A DNA stretch of 64,000 nt from Thermoplasmata archaeon (lineage in GTDB: Archaea; Thermoplasmatota; Thermoplasmata; GCA-020350865), in NCBI GenBank assembly GCA_020348445.1, contig CP070751.1, forward strand, positions 4,812,506 through 4,876,505, written 5' to 3'. Under the pieces are notes generated by a model. It was not told the DNA's origin and searched no databases. It saw only the letters and a list, made by a program, of their open reading frames with translations. Shown here piece by piece: positions 29,021-39,719 of this stretch. A program made the position numbers and the translations under genes. Within the stretch, counting starts at the first letter, position 1. Every line of letters begins with the position of its first letter.

Positions 29021-29096
29021 AATAATAAAAGTTATATAAAGAAATGGTGTTCAATGCTCACTTGATGCAAAATTCTAGATTTAATGAGGGATATTC

Positions 29097-29588
29097 ATGG
29101 AGATAGACCAAGTATTATCTATATCAGCAATAATAGCAGCTATAAGCGTAGTAGTGGGTGTGATTTTTGCCATCTTACAGATGCGTCAAGCAACAAAGAT
29201 GAGATACACTGGACTCGTTATACAACTGAATCCGGCATTAAGGACTAGTATTAACGACCTTATTGAAGCCTCAAAAATAATGGATCTGGAATTTGAGAAC
29301 TATGAAGAATATTCAGAAAAATATGGTAAACCAACATCTGACAAAGCGTTAGTTACACTTGCAGGTTACTACGATGGACTTGGATTTCTGCTACACAAAC
29401 GGCTCATCGCTATCGATTTAATTGAGTACCGTAATCTTGCAATTACAAGTACATGGGAAAAATTAAAACCTATCATAATAGGATTACGAAAGGAAACAGG
29501 TTTACCAGAATTATTCGAGTGGTTTGAATATCTCTACAATGAAATAACAAAAAGAAAAACCAATGTTTATCTCTCTCCTAATTCTTAA
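29097..29588 (+). CDS. DUF4760-like protein with an N-terminal TM helix
   Basis: N-terminal TM helix; YYDGLG.L....I..D.I...WEKLKPII...R....ELFEWFEYL. Confidence 0.55.
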   Translation: MEIDQVLSISAIIAAISVVVGVIFAILQMRQATKMRYTGLVIQLNPALRTSINDLIEASKIMDLEFENYEEYSEKYGKPTSDKALVTLAGYYDGLGFLLHKRLIAIDLIEYRNLAITSTWEKLKPIIIGLRKETGLPELFEWFEYLYNEITKRKTNVYLSPNS

Positions 29589-29695
29589 CCTCTTACTAAC
29601 TTTCTCAAAAATCAACACCATTAATTAATTGATTGCTTTGGTTTTACTATAAAAGGAAGTGAATAGAAATATAAGAATAGATTGGAGGAACCCCA

Positions 29696-30358
29696 TTGAA
29701 TATTGCGATGATGTTATCTGGTTTTCTCTTTTTGTTAATTATTATAGTCTTAACTCTAGCAACCAGTAGATTCGGTTACGAAATATATAGTGATCTAGAC
29801 TCAGAGGCTCTGCTGCAGAAAATCAACAAAGATCCAAAGAAGTTCAGAATAGGTGTTAAGTTAGTAATCTTTGAACACATTATCATTATTACTTTAGCTA
29901 TAATGATGTTTATTGCTTTTAATTCTTATAATATAATTCTTGCAGTTGTCTGGACAATCTCTCGAGCAGGAGAAGGCACAATCCAAATCTACAATAAGAA
30001 AAGTTACTTTGGACTTATTAATCTTGCGAAACAATACTCAGGTTCTAGTGGCGCTGTAAAAAAAGGATTAATAGATAATGGTCTCAGCATTCTCAAATCG
30101 AAAAACTCTGTTTTCTCGTTTGCACAGATACTATTTTCCATTGGTACGCTTTCGTACTGTATCCTGTTTATAATCTATGAAGTTGTACCTCCAATCATAG
30201 GATGGCTTGGGCTTGTTGCCGCCCTTATCTACCTCTTCGGTAACGGGATAAGATTTGTAAAACCTAACTTTAACGCCCTTTGGAACCTCGGGGGTCTATT
30301 GATTTGGATTTTCGAACTAGTTTTGGGTGGATGGTTATTGTTCTATCCCCTTTTCTAG
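29696..30358 (+). CDS. DUF4386-like membrane protein, tandem copy 1
   Basis: TTG start after GGAGG; LAVVWTISRAGEG...PPIIGWLG...FELVLGGWLL. Confidence 0.7.
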   Translation: MNIAMMLSGFLFLLIIIVLTLATSRFGYEIYSDLDSEALLQKINKDPKKFRIGVKLVIFEHIIIITLAIMMFIAFNSYNIILAVVWTISRAGEGTIQIYNKKSYFGLINLAKQYSGSSGAVKKGLIDNGLSILKSKNSVFSFAQILFSIGTLSYCILFIIYEVVPPIIGWLGLVAALIYLFGNGIRFVKPNFNALWNLGGLLIWIFELVLGGWLLFYPLF

Positions 30359-30435
30359 TAAGGTGAAAAAATGGAGAATACAGAGAAAATGAAAAAAATT
30401 GGTTGTGAATAATATGGTAAAATGGAGGATTCCAT

Positions 30436-31101
30436 TTGATTGTTGAATTGATGTTATCCGGTTTTCTCTTTCTATTTATTTTGATACTTACTCTCGTAAT
30501 GGGGCTTTTAGGTTATTCAATGGAAGGAGATGATTATGAACCTGATGCTGATCTGCAGAAGATATCCAAAAATCCAAAAAAATTTCAGACAAGCATGATA
30601 TTAGCTTTCATTCACAATGGCTGTGTCATCGCACTTCCCATACTGTTGTTTATTGCTTTTAGTCACTATAACCTGATACTTGGAATTGTTTGGACCATTT
30701 TTCGAATTGGGGAAGGGACGATCTTATTCATTAATGATAAAAACTACTGGGGATTTCTTAATATCGCAAGACAATACTCGGATTCCAGTGGGGATGAAAA
30801 AAAAGCTTTGAGCGATTCAGCTCGAAACATTTTTAAAACAAAAGACTATAGATTCAAAATTGCTATTGTCTGCTGGTCTATAGGTACATTCGCTTTCTCA
30901 ATCGTGATAGTAACCTCTGATGTTGTACCGACAATTATAGGATGGCTAGGGATAGTTGCAAGCATTCTAGTTGGTTTCTATAATGGGATAAAACTTGTAA
31001 AGCCTAGCTATAAAGGACCGTTAAATCTGGTAGGGGGATTATCAGCAATTATATTCGAAATAATAATCGGAGGATGGTTATTGTTCTATCCACTTATATA
31101 G
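30436..31101 (+). CDS. DUF4386-like membrane protein, tandem copy 2
   Basis: Paralog of 29696..30358 (MLSGFLFL, GWLLFYPL). Confidence 0.7.
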   Translation: MIVELMLSGFLFLFILILTLVMGLLGYSMEGDDYEPDADLQKISKNPKKFQTSMILAFIHNGCVIALPILLFIAFSHYNLILGIVWTIFRIGEGTILFINDKNYWGFLNIARQYSDSSGDEKKALSDSARNIFKTKDYRFKIAIVCWSIGTFAFSIVIVTSDVVPTIIGWLGIVASILVGFYNGIKLVKPSYKGPLNLVGGLSAIIFEIIIGGWLLFYPLI

Positions 31102-31132
31102 GAAGGCAATAAAGATGAGGAATAAGAAGAAA

Positions 31133-31248
31133 ATGAAAGCAGTTATACATAAAAAATACAGACCGCCGATGCTATCAGGTATGTAGACAAAGAGTACAAA
31201 AAGGGGAATGTGGCTACAACTGTGGTAAAGAATGACAGCAGAACCTGA
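31133..31248 (+). pseudogene. Internally deleted MDR remnant (copy 12)
   Basis: MKAVIHKKYRPP (MDR N-terminus) is joined out of frame to RYVDKEYKKGNVATTVVKNDSRT* (MDR C-terminus); the body of the gene is missing. Confidence 0.85.
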
Positions 31249-31387
31249 TTTCAAATATACAAAATTATAAGGATTGGACCGAAACCTTTTGGATTCTGTA
31301 GTTATAGCTGTGGTACAAAATAAGAAAAAGCTAATAATGTTTGATTCATTGTCCCAGTTCAAGAAATGTGAATTTTGAGGTGAGGTA

Positions 31388-32077
31388 ATGGCAAGTATTA
31401 TTTCAGCAAAGAATGTGCATAAAACATATGATACCGGTAAAATCCAGGTGAAAGCCCTGAGAGGGATAGATCTTGAGATTGAACCGGGAGAGATGGTAGC
31501 AGTAATGGGCCCTTCGGGGTGTGGTAAAACCACCCTTTTGAACTGTCTTTCGGGACTGGATGACCTAACAGAGGGCCGTGTTTTAATAGAGGATAAGGAT
31601 GTCCATGCAATGAAGGACAATGCGAGAACGGACTATCGGGCAAGGAAAATGGGCTTTATCTTCCAAAGCTTCAATCTCCTTCCTGTACTCACAGCTGTTG
31701 AAAATGTGGAACTGCCATTACTCGTAACGGGCATTCGTCTAAAGGATGCCAGAAAGAAAGCTGAATCGGCCCTTGAGCTTGTTGACCTTTCGGAATGGAA
31801 GGACCATAAACCCTCGGAACTATCTGGAGGGCAGCGTCAACGAGTCACCATAGCAAGGAGCCTTGTGAATGAGCCTACAATTGTTTGGGGAGACGAACCT
31901 ACAGGTAATCTAGATACCGAAAATTCCAATGATGTCATGGACCTTTTGTTACGTTTGAACAGGGAGAACAAACAAACCTTTGTTTTAATCACACATGATC
32001 CTTCAATAGGAAAAAGATGTCAGCGCACAATCAATATGCAAAGTGGCCTTATAATCAATCAGAATTCAAACAAGTAG
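31388..32077 (+). CDS. ABC transporter ATP-binding protein, LolD/MacB type, copy 2
   Basis: [24 protein letters not shown]. Confidence 0.95.
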   Translation: MASIISAKNVHKTYDTGKIQVKALRGIDLEIEPGEMVAVMGPSGCGKTTLLNCLSGLDDLTEGRVLIEDKDVHAMKDNARTDYRARKMGFIFQSFNLLPVLTAVENVELPLLVTGIRLKDARKKAESALELVDLSEWKDHKPSELSGGQRQRVTIARSLVNEPTIVWGDEPTGNLDTENSNDVMDLLLRLNRENKQTFVLITHDPSIGKRCQRTINMQSGLIINQNSNK

Positions 32078-32090
32078 AGGAGGTTTTAAA

Positions 32091-35000
32091 TTGGATATAA
32101 TCATGTTATTGATGTTGCTTTTTGTCATCATCATCGCCGTCTTTATCGCGGTTATGGCTGCCACCAACCGTATTATCTTTAAGATGGCTGTCCGTAACTT
32201 CTCGCGTCGAAAGCTCCAAAGCCTAACCGTGATCTGCGGCCTTATGATTGGAACTGCTATCATATCAAGTTCACTTGCTGTGCAGGATACCATGGTCTAC
32301 ATGTCCGAGGTAGACGTTTATCGTTCTTTAGGAGAGGTTGATGAAGAGATCTGGGGATTGAATTCTTTCGGGACTGTGGAGTATTTCAATGAATCAATCT
32401 ATGAAACACTTGCGGAAAATCTTTCCTCGGTTGATGGAATCGAAGCAGTTGCACCAGTGATTTCTGATTTGGGTGCTGTGTTTGATAAAACTACGGAGCT
32501 GGGTGATCCTTTTGTTGCGATACTGGGCCTCGATTCGGAAGTTTTAAAGACTACAAGTTTCGGAGATCTTGACGGCGATCACTTCTATCCAGATTTGTTA
32601 GGACCGGATGAAGTGGCAATCAACTCAAGGCTGGCTGATGAGATAGATGCTTTAGAGGGACACGTGATAAATTTATCATACGGGGCCAGAAATCCCCTAA
32701 ATCCCTTTGAGCCCGAACTTCGGGTGACGAATTTTACTATCACCAAAATCATCCAGGAAGAGGACCTTTGGGGCAAGGCCAATTATAATCTGAGAAAAAC
32801 GGTATTCCTCGAGATCGACACTCTTCAACTCATGCTCAATAGACCGGGAGAGATCAATTATATATGGATTTCAAATGATGGGGATTATCGGAGTGGTGAA
32901 TCCCTTACAAAAAAAGTGAATAAAACAATCGAATCCGAACTGGAGCTGGCTGTGAATAGGGATAATGATCTTACCGGAAGAAACCTGGTGTTGGAAGTAC
33001 ATAATGTCAAGGCCGATAATCTGGAGGCGGCCAGAGTAGGTGCCGAATCCATCGGGATCATGTTCTTTATCTTGGGCTCCTTTGCTATTATTGCCGGAAT
33101 TGTTTTGATCATTAATATTTTCGTAATGCTAGGCGAGGAGCGCAAGAGTGAAATGGGTATGGCAAGGGCTGTTGGCATGAAAAGCAAGCATCTGGTGCGG
33201 ATGTATGTTTTTGAAGGTAGCCTTTACGCGTTCGTAGCAGCGTTCATTGGTGTATTTCTGGGTCTGTTTTTCGGATGGATTATTATTCAGGCCTTCGAGT
33301 ATATTTTTGGCTCATCTGAAGGATTTGTGGAAGGTGCATCTAACATTCAATTTTACTTTACTTGGGGCAGTGTAATTATTGCTTTCTGTGCGGGATTGCT
33401 TCTTACTTTTGCCACGATATTTCTAATAAGCACCAGAATTACCAAACTGAACATCATTCGTGCAATTAGACGTATTCCTGAACCAAGAACATCGGGCACA
33501 AAAAAGCGTTCACACATAATGGGTGCAGTTCTTGCGATTTTGGGTATTCTTTCCTGCTTTATTGGTTATAGTACAGATGCGGGTGCAGGTTGGATGTTGG
33601 GCCTACCTTTCCTTTTTATTGGTTCCGCTTTGGTTATATACAAATGGATCAGGTTTCGTGTTGCCATAACAGTGGCCAGTATTCTCATCATTTTCTTCTT
33701 GATATCTCCCTTTGATATCCCGGTAATTTCAGAAGCAGATTATTCAGGGGCAGAATCATTCATTCTTGGCGGTGTCTTTCTCGTTCTGGCTGGGGTATTT
33801 TTAGTGATGTTCAATTCAGATATATTATTGATTATGCTGCAACGGTTATTTAGTTGGGATAAAACTTCACGTGCTGTTTTTAAAACCGCTATTTCTTATC
33901 CTATGGCCAGTAAAATGAAAACTGGCATGACCTTGGGAATGTTCGCGCTTATTATTTTCACTGTGACTGTTATCGCAATGTTCTCATCTATTTTAGCTTC
34001 ACAAAGCGACGCAATGCTAGAAGAGCAGAGTGGCGGGTATGATATTATGGGCACAACCAATCCCAGAACGCCCTTTGAGAATTTATCTATGGATACACTT
34101 CCAAGCGAACTTCAGGATTATGATATTAAACAGTTAGAAACCATAACTAGTGCAGTAGTCACAGTAGAAGAATATGATGTAACCAAATCAGAAGGAAATG
34201 ATTTCGTGGTACCTGGAACAATGAAGGTGGAACAATACCAATTGCTTGGTGCAAGCGATGCATTCCTTTCCAACAATGGCTTTACACTGATAGAAAGGGA
34301 TGATAGATATGAAACTGACGGTGATGCATGGGAAGCACTTAGTGAAAATAGTTCGTATTGTATTATCGATGGCACGAAACTCGGGTATATGGAAGGCGAT
34401 GTGGATCCTTCAGAAACAATTGATATTGTCGGAGCTTTTGTGGGAGGAACAATAACTATCACTGATATGGGCGGATCTAATCGAACTCGGGTTTTAACTG
34501 TTATCGGAATCATGGACCAGATGTTTTTCTTTCAAGGTATTTTGGTACAAAAGGATGTTGTTAGGAACGAATATGGTGGTGTGGACAGCCTAGTGTTAAT
34601 AGAACTCGGTGAGGGTGAGGACACAGATACTGTAGCAAAAGCATTCGAAAAACATTATCTCGAGCTTGGGCTGCAAACATCTGATCTTGCCGGTATAATC
34701 AATAGCTTTATTTCGCTTTTCAACAACATGTTGTATTTAATGGAAGGTTTTCTGGGAATCGGTCTGCTCGTTGGAATTGCAGGCATAGGTATAATTTCAT
34801 ATAGAAACGTTATCGAACGCCGCCAGCAGATCGGGATGCTTCGCGCAATAGGTTTTAAAAGAAGGATGATCGCCAAATCGTTTCTAATTGAGACCTCGTT
34901 TATAACAATTCTTGGCATATTAATCGGAATCGCTCTCGGGATTGGGGTGGGTTACCAAATGTATGTTGACTTTTATAAAGAGGAGGGTTCTCGTTTTGTC

Positions 35001-35126
35001 ATCCCCTGGTTGAACCTGATCGCCATATCAGTCATAGCCTATCTCGCCACAATCATCTTTACATTCTATCCCAGCGTCCAGGCAGCGAAGATTCCACCCG
35101 CGGAGGCGCTGAGGTATATTGAATAA
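32091..35126 (+). CDS. FtsX/MacB-like ABC permease, copy 2
   Basis: EERKSEMGMARAVG and ERRQQIGMLRAIG; ends PAEALRYIE; paralog of 21864..24755. Confidence 0.92.
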   Translation: MDIIMLLMLLFVIIIAVFIAVMAATNRIIFKMAVRNFSRRKLQSLTVICGLMIGTAIISSSLAVQDTMVYMSEVDVYRSLGEVDEEIWGLNSFGTVEYFNESIYETLAENLSSVDGIEAVAPVISDLGAVFDKTTELGDPFVAILGLDSEVLKTTSFGDLDGDHFYPDLLGPDEVAINSRLADEIDALEGHVINLSYGARNPLNPFEPELRVTNFTITKIIQEEDLWGKANYNLRKTVFLEIDTLQLMLNRPGEINYIWISNDGDYRSGESLTKKVNKTIESELELAVNRDNDLTGRNLVLEVHNVKADNLEAARVGAESIGIMFFILGSFAIIAGIVLIINIFVMLGEERKSEMGMARAVGMKSKHLVRMYVFEGSLYAFVAAFIGVFLGLFFGWIIIQAFEYIFGSSEGFVEGASNIQFYFTWGSVIIAFCAGLLLTFATIFLISTRITKLNIIRAIRRIPEPRTSGTKKRSHIMGAVLAILGILSCFIGYSTDAGAGWMLGLPFLFIGSALVIYKWIRFRVAITVASILIIFFLISPFDIPVISEADYSGAESFILGGVFLVLAGVFLVMFNSDILLIMLQRLFSWDKTSRAVFKTAISYPMASKMKTGMTLGMFALIIFTVTVIAMFSSILASQSDAMLEEQSGGYDIMGTTNPRTPFENLSMDTLPSELQDYDIKQLETITSAVVTVEEYDVTKSEGNDFVVPGTMKVEQYQLLGASDAFLSNNGFTLIERDDRYETDGDAWEALSENSSYCIIDGTKLGYMEGDVDPSETIDIVGAFVGGTITITDMGGSNRTRVLTVIGIMDQMFFFQGILVQKDVVRNEYGGVDSLVLIELGEGEDTDTVAKAFEKHYLELGLQTSDLAGIINSFISLFNNMLYLMEGFLGIGLLVGIAGIGIISYRNVIERRQQIGMLRAIGFKRRMIAKSFLIETSFITILGILIGIALGIGVGYQMYVDFYKEEGSRFVIPWLNLIAISVIAYLATIIFTFYPSVQAAKIPPAEALRYIE

Positions 35127-35233
35127 TCGTGCTCAGGATAATCAATCCCTTAAATCAATCATGAATTATTTAATTTAATAAAAAAAATATTACTACATGA
35201 TTTGATATCCTGATAAAGAGGATAAGGGAAAAC

Positions 35234-36367
35234 ATGAAAAGAAAAAAAGATAAACCAATCCTAGAGGATCGAGAAAAATACGACAGGAGGCTATTAATTT
35301 TCTTTTCCTTTTGGGTTCTTTTAGGTCTCTTTTTCAACATAATGGGTATATTCATAATTAGGGAACAAAGTTTAGGCTCTTTAATCCCTGGTCTTCTTGA
35401 GAGTTTGAGCTTTGCCTTCTTCATTACGGGATTACTTGCTATTAAATATCACCGTAAAAGGGGAATAATCCCCGGAAAAAGGATCTTGAAATGGTTTGCA
35501 AAGATCTCATTGGTCATTGGTTTGGTGGTTGCTGTGGGGATGACCTTGCTCGCTACACAGACAACGATTTTTGAAGACCAATTTATTGGATTGAGTGGAG
35601 TCGAAGTGATCGGATTGTTCATCGTTATGTATATCTTTGGGTTTTTTTTTGGTTTTGTCTTCCCGCTTTTTTTTATGATCGCGGGTTTTGGTATGATAGG
35701 GGTCTTGTCTGCTCTTATAAGACTCAAAACAGCCGATCTTTTGGTGGAAATAACGAAAATTACCCCCAATACATCGGATTCAGTGAAAGAAAAGGACAAA
35801 AAAACATACATGGGATACATCTGGTTAGGATGGGCATTCAATATTCCGGATGTTCTTGATACGAGAGCACTTGACATAAATAGAGGCGAGCCAAAAAAAA
35901 AGATACCCTGGCCAATACTCAAACAGGCGGTAATATGGCAGATATTTTTCGGCCTCGTTATTGTGATTTATATCAGTTTCAGTCCATTCTTTTTGGATAT
36001 CACGGAAATGGGGTTTATGTTCAGCATAGCCTCAAATGTAACCAACTTTATTCCGATATTCATTCTTCCATGGTTCATATATCTAAGGCTCGATGCTAAA
36101 ATCAAGGGTATAGTAAAGGACTTCAAGCTCTTTGACGGGTTAAAATCCCGAATGTTACAGACTATTGTGGCCTTCAGCACACTCATCCTCTTTGTTCGGA
36201 TGGCATTGGTGCGTCCAGGTTTTAAAGATATTATTGGCGACTTCCTTGGCTACTTCATGCTCTTTATAATAACTGTAATAGTGACAACGTTCGTATACTT
36301 CAACTACTTCGAAAATGACCTTGCATACGACATTGCACGAAAATATGAAGAGATAAAGATAAGATAG
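35234..36367 (+). CDS. Multi-pass membrane hypothetical protein
   Basis: Many hydrophobic segments; family not recognised. Confidence 0.7.
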   Translation: MKRKKDKPILEDREKYDRRLLIFFSFWVLLGLFFNIMGIFIIREQSLGSLIPGLLESLSFAFFITGLLAIKYHRKRGIIPGKRILKWFAKISLVIGLVVAVGMTLLATQTTIFEDQFIGLSGVEVIGLFIVMYIFGFFFGFVFPLFFMIAGFGMIGVLSALIRLKTADLLVEITKITPNTSDSVKEKDKKTYMGYIWLGWAFNIPDVLDTRALDINRGEPKKKIPWPILKQAVIWQIFFGLVIVIYISFSPFFLDITEMGFMFSIASNVTNFIPIFILPWFIYLRLDAKIKGIVKDFKLFDGLKSRMLQTIVAFSTLILFVRMALVRPGFKDIIGDFLGYFMLFIITVIVTTFVYFNYFENDLAYDIARKYEEIKIR

Positions 36368-36426
36368 CTTCAGATATAATAAAGCCTAAATAAATACAGA
36401 ATATCTACTGCATGGGAGAAATATTC

Positions 36427-37341
36427 ATGAAAGCAATTTTATATGAAAAATCCGGCCCACCGGAGGTTCTTCAGCTCAAAGAGGTTCCAAAACCCACACC
36501 AAAGGACAATGAGATACTAGTAAAAATTCATGCTGGAACAGTAACGAGAGGAGATGTGATGCTTCGTGGAGCTGGTCTATTTATCAACTTCATGATGTTG
36601 ATATTGGGATTCAAAAAGAAGAAAATACCAGGGCATGAGTTGGCCGGGGAAATTGAAGCAGTGGGCAAGGATGTAAAACTTTTTAAGAAAGGTGACCAGA
36701 TCTTTGGAACCAGTACAGGATTGGTTTATGGAGGCAATGCCCAATACGTTTGTCTTCCTGAACAATGGAAACAAGGGGTTGTGACAAAAAAACCGGTTAA
36801 TATTACCTTTGAGGAGGCTGCGGCGGTTCCGATAGGAGGTATGACCGCCCTTTGGATCCTTAGAAAAGGAAATATCAAGAAAGGACAAAAGGTCCTTGTT
36901 TATGGGGCCTCTGGAAGTGTAGGTACGTATGCTGTCCAGCTTGCCAAGCACTTCGGGGCAGAAGTAACAGGGGTATGCAGTACCAAGAATTTGGAAATGG
37001 TGAAATCAATTGGAGCGGATTCGGTAATAGATTACACAAAAGAGGATTTTTCCAAAGGAAGTACCAAGTATGACATTATCTTCGATGCTGTAGGGAAAGT
37101 TAAATCCTCCCAGAGAAAAGTTTCGTTAAATAAAAATGGAAAATATGTCTCCATTAGATCCCTTACAAAAGAAAAGACAGAAAATCTGCTATTTCTTAAG
37201 GAGCTTGTGGAGAAGGGAAGGATAAAACCGGTCATAGATAAACGCTATACAATGGAACAGATCGTCGAGGCTCATAGGTATGTCGAAACCGGTCACAAAA
37301 GGGGGAATGTGGTAATTACTGTGGCGCATAACAAAACCTAA
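36427..37341 (+). CDS. Zinc-independent MDR oxidoreductase, copy 8 (subtype d)
   Basis: Closest to copy 4 ([21 protein letters not shown]); track start 36412. Confidence 0.92.
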   Translation: MKAILYEKSGPPEVLQLKEVPKPTPKDNEILVKIHAGTVTRGDVMLRGAGLFINFMMLILGFKKKKIPGHELAGEIEAVGKDVKLFKKGDQIFGTSTGLVYGGNAQYVCLPEQWKQGVVTKKPVNITFEEAAAVPIGGMTALWILRKGNIKKGQKVLVYGASGSVGTYAVQLAKHFGAEVTGVCSTKNLEMVKSIGADSVIDYTKEDFSKGSTKYDIIFDAVGKVKSSQRKVSLNKNGKYVSIRSLTKEKTENLLFLKELVEKGRIKPVIDKRYTMEQIVEAHRYVETGHKRGNVVITVAHNKT

Positions 37342-37344
37342 CAA
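37336..37344 (+). repeat. Conserved MDR 3' tail ACCTAACAA
   Basis: Spans the stop codon. Confidence 0.55.
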
Positions 37345-37360
37345 CCTTGGAGAAAAACTC

Positions 37361-38353
37361 ATGAAAGCCATAGTCTGGACAAAATACGGATCCCCGGATT
37401 ATCTAAAGCTCCAAGAGGTTGACAAACCCACTCCAAAGGACAATGAAGTACTGATAAAAATACATGCAACAACAGTAACGGCAGGTGATACTGAGGTTCG
37501 AAGACTGAAGTTACCCATGGGTCTGGGATTTCTCATGCGCATGTTTGTAGGTCTAAGAAGACCAAAAAGGTTAACCATTCTTGGCCAGGAACTGGCTGGT
37601 GAAATTGAAGCTGTGGGCAAGGATGTAAAACGATTTAAGAAAGGCGATCATGTTTTTGGATCTCCGGGTTTTAATATGGGTGCTTATGCTGAATATAAAA
37701 GCATGCCTGCAAATCCAGAAGATGGGGTGCTGGCAAAAAAGCCCGCCAATATGACATTCGAGGAGGCCGCTAGTGTAATTATAGGAGGAATGGAATCAAT
37801 GCATTTTCTTGGAAAAGCAAACATCCAAAGCGGGGAAAAGGTTCTGATCAATGGTGCCGGTGGTAGTATAGGAACTTTTGGGGTACAGTTTGCAAAATCA
37901 CTAGGTGCCGAGGTTACTGCCGTGGATAGTACACGAAAAATGGATATGTTGTGGGAGATCGGGGCGGATGAGGTCATTGATTATACCAAAGAAGATTTTA
38001 CCAAAAGCGGCAAGACCTATGATGTCATCTTTGATGTCGTAGGCAAGGCTCCATATTCTGGATGTATAAATTCGCTTAAGCAAAATGGGCGCTATCAGTT
38101 GGCCAATCCCAGGATATCAAAGATTATTCGAGGGAAATTGATTTCAAAGAAAAGCGGCAAGAAGGTAACAACTGCCGTGGCAAACTACAAAACTGAAGAT
38201 CTGATTGCTATAAAAGAACTAATTGAGGAAGGGAAAGTACGATCTGTTATCGACAGATGCTATCCTCTGGAACAAATTCCCGAGGCCCATAGATATGTTG
38301 AAAAGGGTGGTAAAAAGGGAAATGTGGTAATCACGCTTGGGCATGACAAATAA
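37361..38353 (+). CDS. Zinc-independent MDR oxidoreductase, copy 9 (subtype a)
   Basis: Closest to copy 1 (MKAIVWTKYG, AGDTE, LANPR, YKTEDL). Confidence 0.92.
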   Translation: MKAIVWTKYGSPDYLKLQEVDKPTPKDNEVLIKIHATTVTAGDTEVRRLKLPMGLGFLMRMFVGLRRPKRLTILGQELAGEIEAVGKDVKRFKKGDHVFGSPGFNMGAYAEYKSMPANPEDGVLAKKPANMTFEEAASVIIGGMESMHFLGKANIQSGEKVLINGAGGSIGTFGVQFAKSLGAEVTAVDSTRKMDMLWEIGADEVIDYTKEDFTKSGKTYDVIFDVVGKAPYSGCINSLKQNGRYQLANPRISKIIRGKLISKKSGKKVTTAVANYKTEDLIAIKELIEEGKVRSVIDRCYPLEQIPEAHRYVEKGGKKGNVVITLGHDK

Positions 38354-38368
38354 AAAGAGGCTACGGCA

Positions 38369-38842
38369 ATGAAAACTATACTAGTCCTGTATTCGTATCA
38401 TCACATGAACACTGAGAAGGTCGCAAAGGTGATGGCTAAGGTCCTAGATGCACAGATAAAAACACCACAGGAAATAGATCCAAAAGATCTTAGGGAATAT
38501 GATCTTGTGGGTTTTGGATCGGGAATATATGGTGAAAAACATCATAAATTTTTGCTTGATCTTGCAGACAAATTACCACATGTTGCTAACAAGAAAGGAT
38601 TCATTTTCTCAACCAGCGCCATCATGGGAAAGGACAAGGTCGCCGAAGATCATGCGACCCTCAGAAAAAAACTGCAATCCAAAGGTTACATCATCGTTGA
38701 TGAATTTGCCTGTAAAGGTTTTAACACAAATAGCTTTCTTAAATATTTCGGGGGAATGAACAAGGGCAGGCCCAATACCAGGGACCTGGAAAATGCAAAG
38801 GAGTTTGCTCAAAAGCTAATTCAGAAAGCAAAGGGCTCATAG
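38369..38842 (+). CDS. Flavodoxin-family protein
   Basis: YSYHHMNTEKVA FMN loop; YDLVGFGSGIYG; KGRPN..DLE.AKEFA. Confidence 0.85.
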   Translation: MKTILVLYSYHHMNTEKVAKVMAKVLDAQIKTPQEIDPKDLREYDLVGFGSGIYGEKHHKFLLDLADKLPHVANKKGFIFSTSAIMGKDKVAEDHATLRKKLQSKGYIIVDEFACKGFNTNSFLKYFGGMNKGRPNTRDLENAKEFAQKLIQKAKGS

Positions 38843-38870
38843 CTATATGGATAAGAATTGAGGTAAGATT

Positions 38871-39686
38871 GTGATAATAGACGGACATGCTCATGCGTGT
38901 GGCGGTTACTTAAATGCAGAATCAATAAAGATTAAAATTGATCAAACAGGTGTTGATAAGGTAGTTCTCGTTCCGGGCCAGCTTAACAGTTCTAAAACAT
39001 ACAAACTTAAAGACTATACAAAAAAGGATCCCCATAAGGATGTTGTAAAGAGGACGAACAAGATCATAAGATTTGGAATTACTCTATTAAGGGTCCACAA
39101 GACCATCCCAAAGGGAAATGAACATGTATATTCCCTGGCAAAGGCCCTTCCGGATAATGTTATTCAGTTCTTCTGGGTCACCAAAGCACAAGTGGGGGAG
39201 ATTGATGCGAAATACATGGAAATGATTTTTAAAGGACTCAAGTTACACCAATGCTGGGAGTATTTCAAAGTCGATTCCAATTATTTTAAAACCGTTGCCA
39301 ATTGGGCAACACGAAATGATATGCCCCTTTTCATTCATTTATATTCATACAAAGATGTTGCAGATCTTATAGAATACTTAAAACACAACCAGAATATCAA
39401 ACTGATAAATGGTCATTTGTTCGGCCTTGAGCTTTTTATGAAAGAAGATATCGATATTCTAAATAACGTGTACTTTGATGTTTCAAATAATTGCTTCATA
39501 TCGAATGAACGATTTGAAAAAGCACTAAAACATTTTAGCAGCAAAAAACTATTAATGGGATCTGATATCCCTTACGGGGAGAAAAGTCTGGAGAGAGTGA
39601 TTTCCCGGATCAAGGGCCTTGGAATTTCTAAGGATAAAAGAGAAGAAATTCTTGGTAATAATATGAAGAGATTATTATCTATATAA
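38871..39686 (+). CDS. Amidohydrolase-family metalloenzyme (Amidohydro_2-like)
   Basis: IDGHAH, GLKLH, PLFIH, GHL, YFDVS and MGSDIP motifs. Confidence 0.85.
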   Translation: MIIDGHAHACGGYLNAESIKIKIDQTGVDKVVLVPGQLNSSKTYKLKDYTKKDPHKDVVKRTNKIIRFGITLLRVHKTIPKGNEHVYSLAKALPDNVIQFFWVTKAQVGEIDAKYMEMIFKGLKLHQCWEYFKVDSNYFKTVANWATRNDMPLFIHLYSYKDVADLIEYLKHNQNIKLINGHLFGLELFMKEDIDILNNVYFDVSNNCFISNERFEKALKHFSSKKLLMGSDIPYGEKSLERVISRIKGLGISKDKREEILGNNMKRLLSI

Positions 39687-39719
39687 TAAACGATCCATAA
39701 CAATGATTGAGGGGTGTTC

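Noticed and set aside
25746-29040. Programmed stop-codon readthrough in MDR copies 5-7 (in-frame NRKT, VDKT and NNKS after the stop)
   Set aside because: The stops are TAA, TAA and TGA with no common recoding signal; loss of a dispensable five-residue tail is simpler.
30371-30412. 13-aa ORF with an AGGTGA RBS between the tandem DUF4386 genes
   Set aside because: It is too short to support and may be chance or a remnant.
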